Below, in pieces: positions 12,243 through 22,338 of a DNA stretch of 59,211 nucleotides. The position numbers were made by a program, and so were the translations under genes. A model generated the notes under the pieces. That model was not told where the DNA came from. It made no database searches and was given only the letters and a program-made list of their open reading frames with translations. How positions within the stretch are numbered: position 1 is the stretch's first letter; the number at the start of each line of letters is the position of its first letter. This DNA comes from Actinomycetales bacterium (GTDB lineage: Bacteria > Actinomycetota > Actinomycetes > JAJZTN01). The stretch covers positions 1 to 59,211 of the forward strand of contig JBQCDV010000084.1 in assembly GCA_051960855.1 (NCBI GenBank), read 5' to 3'.

Positions 12243-12308
12243 ACCCGCCGGCGTCATTTTCCGCGTGAACGCGGCTGCGTCATTTTCCGGGTGACCGCGG
12301 CGGCGTCA
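12231..12308. repeat. Three contiguous imperfect 26-bp tandem repeats
   Basis: TTCTCCGCGTGAACCCGCCGGCGTCA / TTTTCCGCGTGAACGCGGCTGCGTCA / TTTTCCGGGTGACCGCGGCGGCGTCA. Confidence 0.88.
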
Positions 12309-12878
12309 GTTGCGGGAGGGGTCGGGCGGATAGGTCGACATCATCGCCAGCGAGGACGCCTGACGGCGCAGGACCTGCCGCCACAGCCGCTCGGGCTCCG
12401 CGGAGAACGGGTCGGCGGGCTCGGCGGGCACGGTCCACCACGACCCCTCGATGACCTCGTCCTCCAGCTGGCCGCCCGACCAGCCCGCGTAGCCGGCGAA
12501 GACGCGCAGCCCGGCGAGGTCCGCGGCCACGAGCGGCGGTGGCGTGTCGAGGTCGAGCAGTCCCATGGAGCTGGTCAGCGACCGCCAGCCGAGTGGCTCC
12601 TCGGTGCCCAGGGTGCGCCCGAGGGCCATCGCTCCGTCGGTCGACACCGGTCCCCCGGCGAACAGCACCCGGGGCTCCCCGGCGAGGTCGTGCCACTCGG
12701 GCATGACCTGCGAGACCGGCACCTCGGAGGGCTTGTTCAGGACGACGCCGAGAGCGCCGTCCTCGTCGTGATCGAGGAGCAGGATGACCGAGCGCTCGAA
12801 GAACGAGCCGTCGAGCGCGGGCGTCGCCACCAGCAGCGCCCCGGCGCGAACGGCGGGGTCGGCCTCCTCATCCCGCAT
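12306..12878 (-). CDS. YqgE/AlgH family protein
   Basis: LLVATP...FERSVILL...GALGVVLN, GGPV, FAGYAGWSGGQLEDE. Confidence 0.92.
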   Translation of the reverse strand: MRDEEADPAVRAGALLVATPALDGSFFERSVILLLDHDEDGALGVVLNKPSEVPVSQVMPEWHDLAGEPRVLFAGGPVSTDGAMALGRTLGTEEPLGWRSLTSSMGLLDLDTPPPLVAADLAGLRVFAGYAGWSGGQLEDEVIEGSWWTVPAEPADPFSAEPERLWRQVLRRQASSLAMMSTYPPDPSRN

Positions 12879-13272
12879 GCGCTCGACCTCCCCGCGAGCG
12901 GATCGCCCGACACACGAGCAGGCCCACAAGGATGCCCAGGAGGATGCCCACCCAGTCGGCGACGACGTCGCCGAGGTTGCCGTCGCGGTGGGGCAGCAGG
13001 AGCGCCTGGACGACCTCGCTCTCCACGGCATGCACGGCCAGCAGGGGCACGAGCCAGCGCAGGCCGGCGCCCAGCCACCATGCCGAGACGAGCAGCCCAC
13101 CGAAGAGTGCCGCGTGCGTGAGCTTGTCGATGCCCGGGAAGAGAGACTCACCGGCCCCCCTCGGCGCGTAGAGCGCGACGAGATGGATGACGAGCACCAC
13201 GGCGAAGACCAGCCAGGCCAGCCGCGACGGCGTCCCGGTGGCCGCGTGCTCGCCGCGCGTGGGAGCGCTCAC
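12868..13272 (-). CDS. VanZ-like membrane protein
   Basis: DKLTHAALF, SEVVQ, DVVAD motifs with hydrophobic helices. Confidence 0.75.
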   Translation of the reverse strand: MSAPTRGEHAATGTPSRLAWLVFAVVLVIHLVALYAPRGAGESLFPGIDKLTHAALFGGLLVSAWWLGAGLRWLVPLLAVHAVESEVVQALLLPHRDGNLGDVVADWVGILLGILVGLLVCRAIRSRGGRAHAG

Positions 13273-14753
13273 TCGCCGATGACCCCGCCGCGGACGCCGC
13301 CGAGGCCGCCGTCAGCGAAGTCACCCGGCTCGCTGCTCGCCGCGACGTGCGCGGTCGCGCTGATGCCGGTAGCGAGCGCAGCCTCGCGCACGGCCGCCGC
13401 CACCCGGGCGGCGAGGTCGGGATGGAAGACCGACGGCACGATGTAGCTGGCGTTGAGCTCGTCGGGTGAGACCACCGCGGCGAGAGCGCGAGCTGCGGCC
13501 AGCAGCAGCTCGGTGGTGATCGACGTGCTCGCGGCGTCCAGCAGGCCGCGGAACACGCCGGGAAATGCCAGGACGTTGTTGATCTGGTTGGGGAAGTCCG
13601 ACCGGCCCGTGGCGACGACCGCGGCGTGCTCGGCTGCCTCGACGGGGTCCACCTCCGGCTCGGGGTTGGCGAGGGCGAAGACCACCGCGTCCGGAGCCAT
13701 GGTCGCGATGTCGTCTCCGGTGAGCAGCCGGGGCGCGCTCACCCCGATGAACACGTCTGCGCCGGCAACCGCGTCCTTGAGAGTGCCGGACACGTTGCGG
13801 CGGTTGGTGTGCTCGGCGACCCACCGCAGGTCGTCCTTCAGCCCCGGACGATCGCAGGTGACGATGCCGTCGATGTCGGCGACGACCACGTTCTGCGCTC
13901 CGGCGGCGAGCAGCAGCTTGAGGATCGCAGTGCCCGCTGCCCCGGCTCCGCTCATGACGATCGCGACATCCTCGAGGCGCTTGCCCACGACGGTAAGCGC
14001 GTTGGTGAGGGCGGCGAGCACGACGATCGCCGTTCCGTGCTGGTCGTCGTGGAAGACGGGGATGTCGAGCAGGTCGCGCAGCCGTCGCTCGATCTCGAAG
14101 CATCGCGGCGCGGAGATGTCCTCCAGGTTGATGCCGGCGAACACGGGCGCGAGGACCTGCACGGTGCGCACGATCTCGTCGGCGTCCTGAGTGTCGAGGC
14201 AGATCGGGAACGCGTCGATCCCGGCGAACCGCTTGAACAGCGCCGCCTTGCCTTCCATCACCGGCAGCGCCGCCTCGGGGCCGATGTTGCCGAGTCCCAG
14301 GACGGCTGAGCCGTCGGTCACCACCGCGATCGTGTTGCGCTTGATGGTGAGACGGCGGGCGTCCTTGGGATTCTCGGCGATCGCCATCGACACCCGCGCG
14401 ACGCCGGGGGTGTAGACCATCGACAGGTCGTCGCGGTTGCGCAGCGGCACCTTGCTCTGCATCTCGATCTTGCCGCCGAGGTGGAGCAGGAAGGTGCGGT
14501 CGGAGATCTTGCCGAGCGTGACGCCGTCGAGCCCGGCGAGGGTCTCGGTCAGCCGGCGCGCATGGTCGGTGTCGCTCGCGGCCACCGTGACGTCCACCTG
14601 CAGCCGCTCATGGCCCGACCCCGATACGTCGAGCGCCGTGACGACGCCACCGGCCTGCTCGACCGCCGTCGTCAGGGAGCTGACGACGTTGCCTCGAGCC
14701 GGCACCTCGAGCCGGACGGTGAACGAGTACGAGACGCTGGGCGCTGCAGTCAT
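13269..14753 (-). CDS. NAD-dependent malic enzyme with N-terminal ACT domain
   Basis: VYTPGVA, TDGSAVLGLGNIG, MEGK, NLEDISAP, FHDDQHGTA, GAGAAG, QINNVLAFPG. Confidence 0.94.
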   Translation of the reverse strand: MTAAPSVSYSFTVRLEVPARGNVVSSLTTAVEQAGGVVTALDVSGSGHERLQVDVTVAASDTDHARRLTETLAGLDGVTLGKISDRTFLLHLGGKIEMQSKVPLRNRDDLSMVYTPGVARVSMAIAENPKDARRLTIKRNTIAVVTDGSAVLGLGNIGPEAALPVMEGKAALFKRFAGIDAFPICLDTQDADEIVRTVQVLAPVFAGINLEDISAPRCFEIERRLRDLLDIPVFHDDQHGTAIVVLAALTNALTVVGKRLEDVAIVMSGAGAAGTAILKLLLAAGAQNVVVADIDGIVTCDRPGLKDDLRWVAEHTNRRNVSGTLKDAVAGADVFIGVSAPRLLTGDDIATMAPDAVVFALANPEPEVDPVEAAEHAAVVATGRSDFPNQINNVLAFPGVFRGLLDAASTSITTELLLAAARALAAVVSPDELNASYIVPSVFHPDLAARVAAAVREAALATGISATAHVAASSEPGDFADGGLGGVRGGVIGE

Positions 14754-14781
14754 GCGCTGCATCTTGGCACTGGCCTCGAGG

Positions 14782-15897
14782 TCAGCGCGGACCAGCCGCC
14801 GGTGCCACACCGGAGCGCGACCGCCGGGGCCGTGCCCGCTCGTACTGCGGAGGCCACGCGACGTCGTCGCCGAGGGCCTCCCCGGCGTGCAGTGGCCACA
14901 GCGGCTCGCGCAGCTGCTCGCGGGCGAGCAGGACGACATCGGCCTCGCCGCGCTCGAGGATGTCCTCGGCCTGCTCGGCATCGGTGATGAGTCCGACGGC
15001 GCCGGTCGGGATCCCCGCCTGGGCGCGGACAGCCGCCGCGAAGGGGACCTGGTAGCCGGGCCCGACGGGAATCGACTGGCGCGGGTCGAGGCCGCCGCTC
15101 GAGCAGTCGACGAGGTCGACCCCTCGGGCCTTGAGCAGCCGGGCGAGGGCGACGCTCTGCTCGAGGTCCCACCCGCCCTCGACCCAGTCCGTCGCCGAGA
15201 TCCGCACGAGCAGGGGCAGCCGCTCCGGCCACGCCTCCCGCACCGCGTCGACCACCTCGAGCACGAGCCGCACCCGGTTGTCGAAGCTGCCGCCGTAGGC
15301 GTCGGTGCGCTGGTTGGACAGCGGGGAGAGGAACTGGTGCAGCAGATATCCGTGCGCGGCGTGCACCTCGACGAGCTCGAAGCCGGCGTCCAACGCCCGC
15401 CGCGTCGAGGCGCGGAACGATTCGACGACGTCGGCCACGTCGGCGGCCCCCAGTGCGCGCGGCGCCGGCAGTGCGCCGTAGGCGAGGGCGGAGGGGCCCA
15501 CCGTCTGCCAGCCACCGTCGCGCGGCTGGACGTAGCCGTCCACGTGCTGCTCGTTCTCCCACGGGGCCGGCGTCGACGCCTTGCGACCGGCGTGGGCGAG
15601 CTGGACCCCTGCGACAGCGCCGTGCTGGGTCAGGAAACCGGTGATGCGGCTCCACGCCTCAGTCTGGGCGTCGTTCCACAGGCCGGTGTCATGCGGGCTG
15701 ATGCGCCCCTCGGGCGAGACCGCCGTTGCCTCGGTGATAACGGCACCCGCCCCTCCGACCGCGCGGATGCCAAGGTGGACGAGGTGCCAGTCATCGGGCA
15801 GCCCGTCCTCACTGGAGTACTGGCACATGGGCGAGACCCAGGCACGGTTGCGGAAGGTGACGGAACGGAGGGAGAGGGGCGACATCAGCAGGCTCAC
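14782..15897 (-). CDS. NADH:flavin oxidoreductase (old yellow enzyme, YqjM/NamA-like)
   Basis: SPMCQYS, QLAHAGRK, HAAHGYLLHQFLSP, YGGSFDNR, PPQYERA. Confidence 0.93.
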   Translation of the reverse strand: MSLLMSPLSLRSVTFRNRAWVSPMCQYSSEDGLPDDWHLVHLGIRAVGGAGAVITEATAVSPEGRISPHDTGLWNDAQTEAWSRITGFLTQHGAVAGVQLAHAGRKASTPAPWENEQHVDGYVQPRDGGWQTVGPSALAYGALPAPRALGAADVADVVESFRASTRRALDAGFELVEVHAAHGYLLHQFLSPLSNQRTDAYGGSFDNRVRLVLEVVDAVREAWPERLPLLVRISATDWVEGGWDLEQSVALARLLKARGVDLVDCSSGGLDPRQSIPVGPGYQVPFAAAVRAQAGIPTGAVGLITDAEQAEDILERGEADVVLLAREQLREPLWPLHAGEALGDDVAWPPQYERARPRRSRSGVAPAAGPR

Positions 15898-15950
15898 CGC
15901 CTCACTGTGCCAAAGCCGCGCGCGGTCGGCCCGGCAGGGTGCCGGCCGAC

Positions 15951-17297
15951 TCAGCTCTTGCGCAGCCGCTTCTGCGCGTACATGGCTTCGTCCGCGCTCC
16001 GGAAGGCCTCCGACACCGCCCGCTCCGCGCTCGCACCGGCCGCGCCGATCGAGGCGAGCACGGGCAGCCCCTTGGTGCTGTGCAGCCCGTCGAGCGCGAC
16101 GGAGATCCGCGACAGCAGCGAGTCGGGATCGGCGTCGCCGCCGCGCAGCAGCAGGCCGAACTCGTCGCCTCCGAGCCGGGCGACGACGTCGGTCTCCGAC
16201 CGCACGACGCCCTGTAGCGCGTGCGCCAGCGTGACGAGGACGTCGTCGCCGGCCTGGTGGCCATGGGTGTCGTTGATCACCTTCAGTCCGTCGAGGTCGA
16301 CGCTGGCGAGCGTGACCGTGCGGCCTCGCACCAGGTCGTCGCGGACCTGGTCCAGTGCCTCCTCCCACGCGAGGCGGTTCGCCAGGCCGGTCAGGGGGTC
16401 GCGGCGCGCCTCGTTGCTCGAACGGCGCAGCGCCCGCTCCAGGTCGTCGCGGAGGCGGGCCAGTTGCAGGACGACCCCCGCGGCATCGGCGAGCTGCGCC
16501 GCCAGGCGCTGGCAGAGCTGCGTGAACCCGCGGGGCATGACGTGCGCGGTGAAGATGGCGCCGCCGACAGGCTCCGGAATGCGCACGGCGAGCCAGCTGA
16601 CGATGTCCTCTGACCCGGCGAAGGCCACCGGCAGCGGCTCCAACCCGGTGTCCTGGCTGCACGCGGCGTCCTCCCGGGACGCCAGCTCCCGTAGCAGCGC
16701 CGCGACACCGGGATGGTCGTCGGTGGCCCATCCCGCGTCGACGACGGCGAGGGCACCGGCACCCGTCATGACCGCTGCCATGTCACAGGACAGCGCCTCG
16801 GCGGCCACCCGCCCCACGTGGTGGAGGGCCGCCAGCAGGTCGGAGTGCACCGACCCGGACAGCCGCTGCACGGCGTGCAGGACCTCGAGCTCGTCGGCCA
16901 GCCGCTTGGCAGGGCTGACGGCCGTGACCTCCTCGGCGAGCGCGGCCGAGCGCGCCTGCAGCTCGGCGTCGTCCAGCACGTCGACATCGCTGCACGGAGT
17001 CGCCTTGCCCCACACGACGACGACGTCGTCCGAGACCGCGACCAGGGCGGCACACGCCGCCCAGTACGGCCCCACCACGTGACGGGAGGTGGCACCGGGA
17101 ACCCGGCGCAACCCGTGGGCGAGCGCATCGGTGAGCAGCGGCTCCGCGGCGGCGTCGACCTCGACGATGCCCGCCCAGCCCTCGCCGCGGCCGCGGCCGC
17201 CCAGATGCGCCCACCGACCACCGCCGAGACGCCGGAAGACCAGGGCGTCCCAGTCCTCCAGGTACCCGGGCCTGACCGGCTCGGTCATCGCGCTCAT
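15951..17297 (-). CDS. GAF-GGDEF diguanylate cyclase
   Basis: DPLTGLANR, DLDGLKVINDTHGHQAGD, RLGGDEF, ADEAMY. Confidence 0.9.
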   Translation of the reverse strand: MSAMTEPVRPGYLEDWDALVFRRLGGGRWAHLGGRGRGEGWAGIVEVDAAAEPLLTDALAHGLRRVPGATSRHVVGPYWAACAALVAVSDDVVVVWGKATPCSDVDVLDDAELQARSAALAEEVTAVSPAKRLADELEVLHAVQRLSGSVHSDLLAALHHVGRVAAEALSCDMAAVMTGAGALAVVDAGWATDDHPGVAALLRELASREDAACSQDTGLEPLPVAFAGSEDIVSWLAVRIPEPVGGAIFTAHVMPRGFTQLCQRLAAQLADAAGVVLQLARLRDDLERALRRSSNEARRDPLTGLANRLAWEEALDQVRDDLVRGRTVTLASVDLDGLKVINDTHGHQAGDDVLVTLAHALQGVVRSETDVVARLGGDEFGLLLRGGDADPDSLLSRISVALDGLHSTKGLPVLASIGAAGASAERAVSEAFRSADEAMYAQKRLRKS

Positions 17298-17404
17298 GCG
17301 AGTCGTCCCTCCCCCACGTGTGCCCGACAGTCTGCGCCAGACCATCCGGCGTCCGCGGCAGCTTCCAAGATCTTTTCACCTTCACGGGCGAGGATGGACG
17401 GGTG

Positions 17405-18808
17405 ATGCTGCGGGAGATGCCTCGCCCCCGATGGGTCCGCGAGGCACCGTGGGCACCATGGGCGGCCGTCGCCTCGGTCTGTATCGGCGCGTTCATGGGC
17501 CAACTGGATGCCAGCATCGTCACGATCGCCTACCCCGCACTCCGTTCCGAGCTCGACAGCAGCTACGGGGCGGTGGAGTGGGTCTCGCTGTCCTATCTCG
17601 TGGTGCTGGCCGTCCTGCTCGTGCCGCTCGGCCGGGCCGGGGACGCGCGGGGCCGGAAGCTGCTCTACGTCTGGGGCTTCGCGGTCTTCGCCGCAGCCTC
17701 CGCCGGTTGCGCCCTGGCCCCGTCGCTGGCCTGGCTGCTCGCGGCTCGGGCCGTCCAGGGAGCCGGCGCAGCCCTCCTGCAGGCCAACAGCGTCGCGCTG
17801 GTGGCCCTCAGCGCCCCGCCGCAGCAGCGCCGTTCGGCTCTTGCGGTGCAGGCCGGCGCCCAGGCGCTCGGGCTGGCGCTCGGCCCCGTCGTCGGGGGCG
17901 CCCTCGTGCAGACCGTCGGCTGGCGGTGGGTCTTCGGCGTCAACGTGCCCATCGGGGCCGTCGCTATCGTCGCCGGCCAGCTGCTCCTTCCTCGCACGCG
18001 CGAGCGCGCCGAGCGGGCGCGGGCGGACCTCCCCGGCGGCGTGCTGCTCGGCCTGGCCAGCGTCGCCCTGCTGCTCGCGCTCAGCAGCGTCTCCGGGCTG
18101 GACTGGCCGGCCCCCGTCGCGGTAGCACTGCTCGCCGTCGCCGTGGTGGCCGCAGCGTTCCTCGTGCCTGTCGAACGCCGCCGCGTCGCTCCCCTCATCC
18201 CCCTCGGCGTCCTGTCCGCGCCGGGCGCGGGCTTCGGCCTGGTCACGGCGGCAGCCGGCTACCTGCTGCTGTTCGCGCCGCTGGCGCTGTACCCGGTCGT
18301 CATCACAGGCCGAGCCGGCGGAGCCGGAATCGTCGGGCTGGTGCTGGCCGCGCTTCCGGTGGGTTTCGCGGTGGGCGCGCTGCTGCTCACCGCCGGCCCG
18401 GGCTCGCGCCTGGCGTGGTCGGACACCGGCCGGGTGCGAGCCGGCGCTGTGGTCGCGGCGGCGGCGCTGGCGGGTCTCGCGGGAGCGGGCTCGCGGCTCG
18501 CGGTGCTCGTCCCGCTGCTGCTGCTGCTCGGCGCCGCCATCGGCGTGCTCGCGCCGGCGAACAACGCCCTCGTCATGGCAGCGGCGCCACCCCGTGACAG
18601 CGCGGTGACGGGCGGCCTCATCAGCGTCACCCGCGCGTGGGGCACGGCCCTGGCCGTGGCGCTGCCCGTCCTCGCGGCCCACCACCTGTCGGCGAGGTCA
18701 GCGGAGGTGGCCGTCGCCCTGCCGCTGGCCGCGCTGGCGGTGACCATCGGTGTCCTCGCTCCGGCTAGCCATCGCGGGGACCGCCGACACCGAGGTGTCC
18801 GAAAGTGA
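17405..18808 (+). CDS. MFS transporter (DHA2/EmrB-like)
   Basis: LDASIVTIAYP, GRAGDARGRK motif A, GPVVGG, GWRWVFGVNVPIG. Confidence 0.9.
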   Translation: MLREMPRPRWVREAPWAPWAAVASVCIGAFMGQLDASIVTIAYPALRSELDSSYGAVEWVSLSYLVVLAVLLVPLGRAGDARGRKLLYVWGFAVFAAASAGCALAPSLAWLLAARAVQGAGAALLQANSVALVALSAPPQQRRSALAVQAGAQALGLALGPVVGGALVQTVGWRWVFGVNVPIGAVAIVAGQLLLPRTRERAERARADLPGGVLLGLASVALLLALSSVSGLDWPAPVAVALLAVAVVAAAFLVPVERRRVAPLIPLGVLSAPGAGFGLVTAAAGYLLLFAPLALYPVVITGRAGGAGIVGLVLAALPVGFAVGALLLTAGPGSRLAWSDTGRVRAGAVVAAAALAGLAGAGSRLAVLVPLLLLLGAAIGVLAPANNALVMAAAPPRDSAVTGGLISVTRAWGTALAVALPVLAAHHLSARSAEVAVALPLAALAVTIGVLAPASHRGDRRHRGVRK

Positions 18809-18846
18809 CCGATCTTCGCGGCGAGCGCCCGTACGCTGGAGGACTG

Positions 18847-20202
18847 ATGTCCTCCACCTCGACGACTCCGCCCCCGACGCTCGTGCCCGCCAGCGGCGGC
18901 GCGCGGTCGGTCGTGCCCCGCCGCGGGCCCCACGTCCCGCGTCACGCCGCCACCCGTCCGTCGTCGACGCTGCACCGGGTCCGGCGCGTGGTGACCGTGC
19001 TGCTCGCGATCGTCGTGGCCGTCGGCGCCGTCTCCGAAGGCACGTTGTTCTACGCCCGCTGGCAGCTCTCGCGGATCCCCACCTTCACGGCCGCTCCGGT
19101 CGGCGGCGGCAGCACCGGAGGCGGTGCGGCCGCTGCGCCTGCGCCGCTGTCGCTGCCAGCGGCGTTCAACGACGTCACGACGTTCCTGCTCTTCACGACG
19201 GGCAGCCGCGGCATGACCGCCGAGGAAGCCAAGCGCTACAACATCCCCGATGTCGAGAAGCGCGGCGAGGACAGCCTCACCGACTCCATCATCCTGGCGG
19301 TGCTCGACGCCCCCCAGCGGCGGCTGTCGCTGCTGTCCATCCCCCGCGACACCTGGATCGCCTCGCGCGGCTCCCGCATCAACGAGATCTTCGTGACCTC
19401 CGGGCCGCAGGCCCTCGCCGACGAGGTGACCTCGCTCACCGGCATCCCGGTGAACCACATGGTGTCGATCAGCTTCGTCGCCGCGGCCCGGCTGGCCGAC
19501 ACCGTCGACGGCATCGACATCGAGATCCCGACGCCGATGCGCGACAGCAAGAGTCACCTCGACATCCCCTTCGCCGGCTGCGTGCACCTCGACGGCCGCA
19601 ACGCGCTGGCGTTCGCCCGGTCCCGTCACACGCAGGTGCAGGTCGACGGCCGGTGGCAGACGGATGCCTCGGCGAGCGACTTCGGCCGGTCGACGCGGCA
19701 GCAGGCCGTCATCACCGCAGCGCTGGGCAAGCTGCTGACGCCGAAGCTGCCGATCCTGCTGCCCCGCCTCGGCGACACCGCCGCAGCCACCCTGCAGATC
19801 GACGCGGGCCTGGACATGGGCACCGTCTTCGACACCGCCCGCGTCCTCGCCACCGGCACCAAACTGAAGGTCGTCCACCTCGGCCTGACCTCGACCATCG
19901 GACAGGTGGGCAAGGCGAGCGTGGTGTTCTCCGAGCCGCACGCGTCGGCCAAGGTGCTCGCAGGGCTGATCTCCGAGGTTCCCGGCGCGGAGTGGCCGAG
20001 CTGGATCCCGGACAGCGACAGGGAGGCCGCCCTCGCTCCGGCTGCACCGACGCAGAGCGGTGACCCCGAGTCGGCCTCGCCCAGCCCCTCGGGCACCGCA
20101 GACACCAGCGTGGTCGGCAGCGACACCCCCATCAGCGTCAAGGGCTTCGACACGGGCAAGCACACCGACTACCGGCCCTGCTCCGACGGCCGCACTCCCT
20201 GA
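18847..20202 (+). CDS. LCP (LytR-CpsA-Psr) family cell-wall glycopolymer transferase
   Basis: N-terminal TM helix; TDSIIL, LSIPRDT, ALAFARSR, DFGRSTRQQ. Confidence 0.9.
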   Translation: MSSTSTTPPPTLVPASGGARSVVPRRGPHVPRHAATRPSSTLHRVRRVVTVLLAIVVAVGAVSEGTLFYARWQLSRIPTFTAAPVGGGSTGGGAAAAPAPLSLPAAFNDVTTFLLFTTGSRGMTAEEAKRYNIPDVEKRGEDSLTDSIILAVLDAPQRRLSLLSIPRDTWIASRGSRINEIFVTSGPQALADEVTSLTGIPVNHMVSISFVAAARLADTVDGIDIEIPTPMRDSKSHLDIPFAGCVHLDGRNALAFARSRHTQVQVDGRWQTDASASDFGRSTRQQAVITAALGKLLTPKLPILLPRLGDTAAATLQIDAGLDMGTVFDTARVLATGTKLKVVHLGLTSTIGQVGKASVVFSEPHASAKVLAGLISEVPGAEWPSWIPDSDREAALAPAAPTQSGDPESASPSPSGTADTSVVGSDTPISVKGFDTGKHTDYRPCSDGRTP

Positions 20203-20260
20203 GGGTCTAAGGCACCTCGACCGCTCCGGCGCTGTGCGCCACGCAGGCGTCGAGCGTCGT

Positions 20261-21169
20261 TCAGGCCGACAGCGAGGGCACCGCGAGCCGCGCCACGCAG
20301 GTGACCGAGCCGGGCGCCACCTCGGTGAACCCCGCGTCGCGCACGGCCACGATCCCGTCCTCGGGGCGCTCGCGGCGGACAAGATCCTCGAACGCCGGTG
20401 CGTCGGCGGGCGTCAGCCGCAGCGGGAACCCCGCGGACGCCCAGGCAGCGACTCGGTCCTCGGGTAGCAGCATGAGCGCGAGCTGGCTGGCGTGCGCGAC
20501 CTGCGCGACCGACTTGCCGGTGGTCATCGACAGGCGCGGATTCACCGCGATGGTCAGGACCTCGGCCGCGCGGACCCCGGTCGCCCGGACCTCGGCATCG
20601 CTATCGGCATCAGCAGGAACACCGGCAGGGACACCGGCAGCCGCGTCTGGGGCTGGCAGCCGGAAGCACGACGGGTTCCCAGCGACAACGTCGTTCGCGC
20701 CGGGCAGGTCGAGGCCGCCGATCTGCAGGCGGTCGATCTCGGGCGGTGGGGCCGACACGGGGTGCGGCAGCAGCGCGCGGACCTCGCCGCCGGGCACCGC
20801 GACCGTGACGCCGGGCAGCTCCGACAGCGCGTCCCAGCGTGTGGCACGGGCCCGTCGCGCGAGCTTGCGGATGCGCCCGTCGAGCCACTGCTCGAGCGGG
20901 GGGCGCCACGGACCGGGGTCCACCTCCGGCCCTGAGCCAGGCGCGACTCGGGCATCGCCCAGCAGTGCCACGACGGCGAGAGCCGCCGCCGTCAGGACCG
21001 CCTCGTGCGCGGGGGCCCCCGTTCGCTCGACGCGGACGACCAGCGGCAGCGCCCAGGGGTCGGGTTCGTCCTGTCCGAGCGCCCGCAGGGGTCGCGCCTC
21101 GCGCCAGGACAGCGCGACGGCCACCTCCCCGGGTATGCCGTCAGAGGTGGCCGTCGCGATCGCTGTCAC
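20261..21169 (-). CDS. Peptidyl-tRNA hydrolase PTH2-family protein
   Basis: MTTGKSVAQVAHA and VRDAGFTEVAPGSVT. Confidence 0.85.
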   Translation of the reverse strand: MTAIATATSDGIPGEVAVALSWREARPLRALGQDEPDPWALPLVVRVERTGAPAHEAVLTAAALAVVALLGDARVAPGSGPEVDPGPWRPPLEQWLDGRIRKLARRARATRWDALSELPGVTVAVPGGEVRALLPHPVSAPPPEIDRLQIGGLDLPGANDVVAGNPSCFRLPAPDAAAGVPAGVPADADSDAEVRATGVRAAEVLTIAVNPRLSMTTGKSVAQVAHASQLALMLLPEDRVAAWASAGFPLRLTPADAPAFEDLVRRERPEDGIVAVRDAGFTEVAPGSVTCVARLAVPSLSA

Positions 21170-21223
21170 TGCTGCAGGCTCTCACCTGCGTCAGTGACCC
21201 TGCCGGGCTGGGCGCCCGTCGTC

Positions 21224-22147
21224 TTACCGGTCCTGGCGCTCCTGGGTCTTAGTCAGGTCGACCACGCTGTCACCAGTGCGGCCATCATCGGCGAGGTCGC
21301 CCTCGGCGCCGATGCGCTCCTTGCGGACCTGCTCGTTGACCTGCGCCTCGTCCTGCTCGACGTCCTTCTCGACGCGCACGCGCTCGACGGGGACAGTCTC
21401 CTTGGTCACGATCGGCCGCTCCTCGGTGAGGGTGGCCTCGTGCTCCTCCTCCGACAGGTCCGGGCCGTCAAGCGCGTCGCCGCGGTTGGCGTCGGTGATG
21501 GGCTCGGTCACGAGGCGCGCGCGCTCCTTGCTCACCGGCACGGTGACGTTGACGTCCTCGGTCTCGACCCACTTGCGCAGGCGGGCACGCCCGGTCTGGA
21601 CTCGCTCGGTGCCGGCGTGGACCCGCTCCTCGGACCGCGTCATCGCGTCGTCGGTGGTGGGACCAGAGGTGTCACGGCCGACGGCGGCGGTCGTCTCGTC
21701 GGCGGTGCCCGTGCGGGGACCCGAGGCGTTGCCGACTCCGGCCGTCTCGGGGGCGAGGCCGCCGGTCGCCATCGCGGCAGTGCCCGTGTCGCGGCCGGTC
21801 GTGGGCAGCCCGGTGTCCGAGCGGCTGTCGGAGTAGTTCAACCCGTAATACGAGTAGAGCTCCTGCTCCTGGTCCTGCGAGAGGTGCCCGTCGGCGGGGT
21901 TGACGTTGGGGGCGTCCTTGATCTGGTTCTTGCTGTAGGGGACGGTGACGCCGTCGCCGGTCGTGCTCGCCTCGGCGAGCGGCACATAGCTCTCGTTGGA
22001 CCCGAAGAACCCGGTGTTGACGGTGGCGAACTCCGGCTGGCCGGTCTCGTCGTCGAGGAAGACCTGACCGATCTTGCCGATCTTGTCCCCGTCGGATGCG
22101 TAGAGGGTCGAGCCCATGACCGTCGAGAGGTCCTCGGTGCGAATCAC
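21224..22147 (-). CDS. PRC-barrel + DUF2382 (YsnF/AvaK-like) protein
   Basis: DGDKIGKIGQVFLDD PRC barrel; MTRSEER...RARLRKWVETE...VRKERI. Confidence 0.9.
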   Translation of the reverse strand: MIRTEDLSTVMGSTLYASDGDKIGKIGQVFLDDETGQPEFATVNTGFFGSNESYVPLAEASTTGDGVTVPYSKNQIKDAPNVNPADGHLSQDQEQELYSYYGLNYSDSRSDTGLPTTGRDTGTAAMATGGLAPETAGVGNASGPRTGTADETTAAVGRDTSGPTTDDAMTRSEERVHAGTERVQTGRARLRKWVETEDVNVTVPVSKERARLVTEPITDANRGDALDGPDLSEEEHEATLTEERPIVTKETVPVERVRVEKDVEQDEAQVNEQVRKERIGAEGDLADDGRTGDSVVDLTKTQERQDR

Positions 22148-22338
22148 TGCGCGATCTCCTTGGCTTGAAGGTAGGTGTGCTGACGTTCGTGTAGCGCCCT
22201 CTGTCGTTGCCGCCTGTTACGGCCCGAAACGCAAAGCAGGTCAATACCGCCTGAAAGGGACGAATCGGCGTCGATTCGGTGACGACACGCCCTGGCGATG
22301 ACTCAAGCCGGAGGGCGCCGCCGCCGAGACTCCGTGCT

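Noticed and set aside
12231-12308. Possible mini CRISPR array
   Set aside because: Repeats are contiguous with no spacers, and no cas operon is present; the Cas4-like domain at 42139 is part of a much larger protein.
14782-16731. Apparent N-terminal extensions or fusions in the ORF track (OYE, malic enzyme, hppD, sua5, mod)
   Set aside because: The extensions overlap neighbouring genes in other frames; downstream starts give normal-length proteins.
14437-17082. Long antisense or alternate-frame ORFs (also 26950-29676, 18259-20382, 8907-10802, 37643-39280)
   Set aside because: Shadow ORFs of real genes caused by stop-codon scarcity in high-GC DNA; no recognisable motifs.
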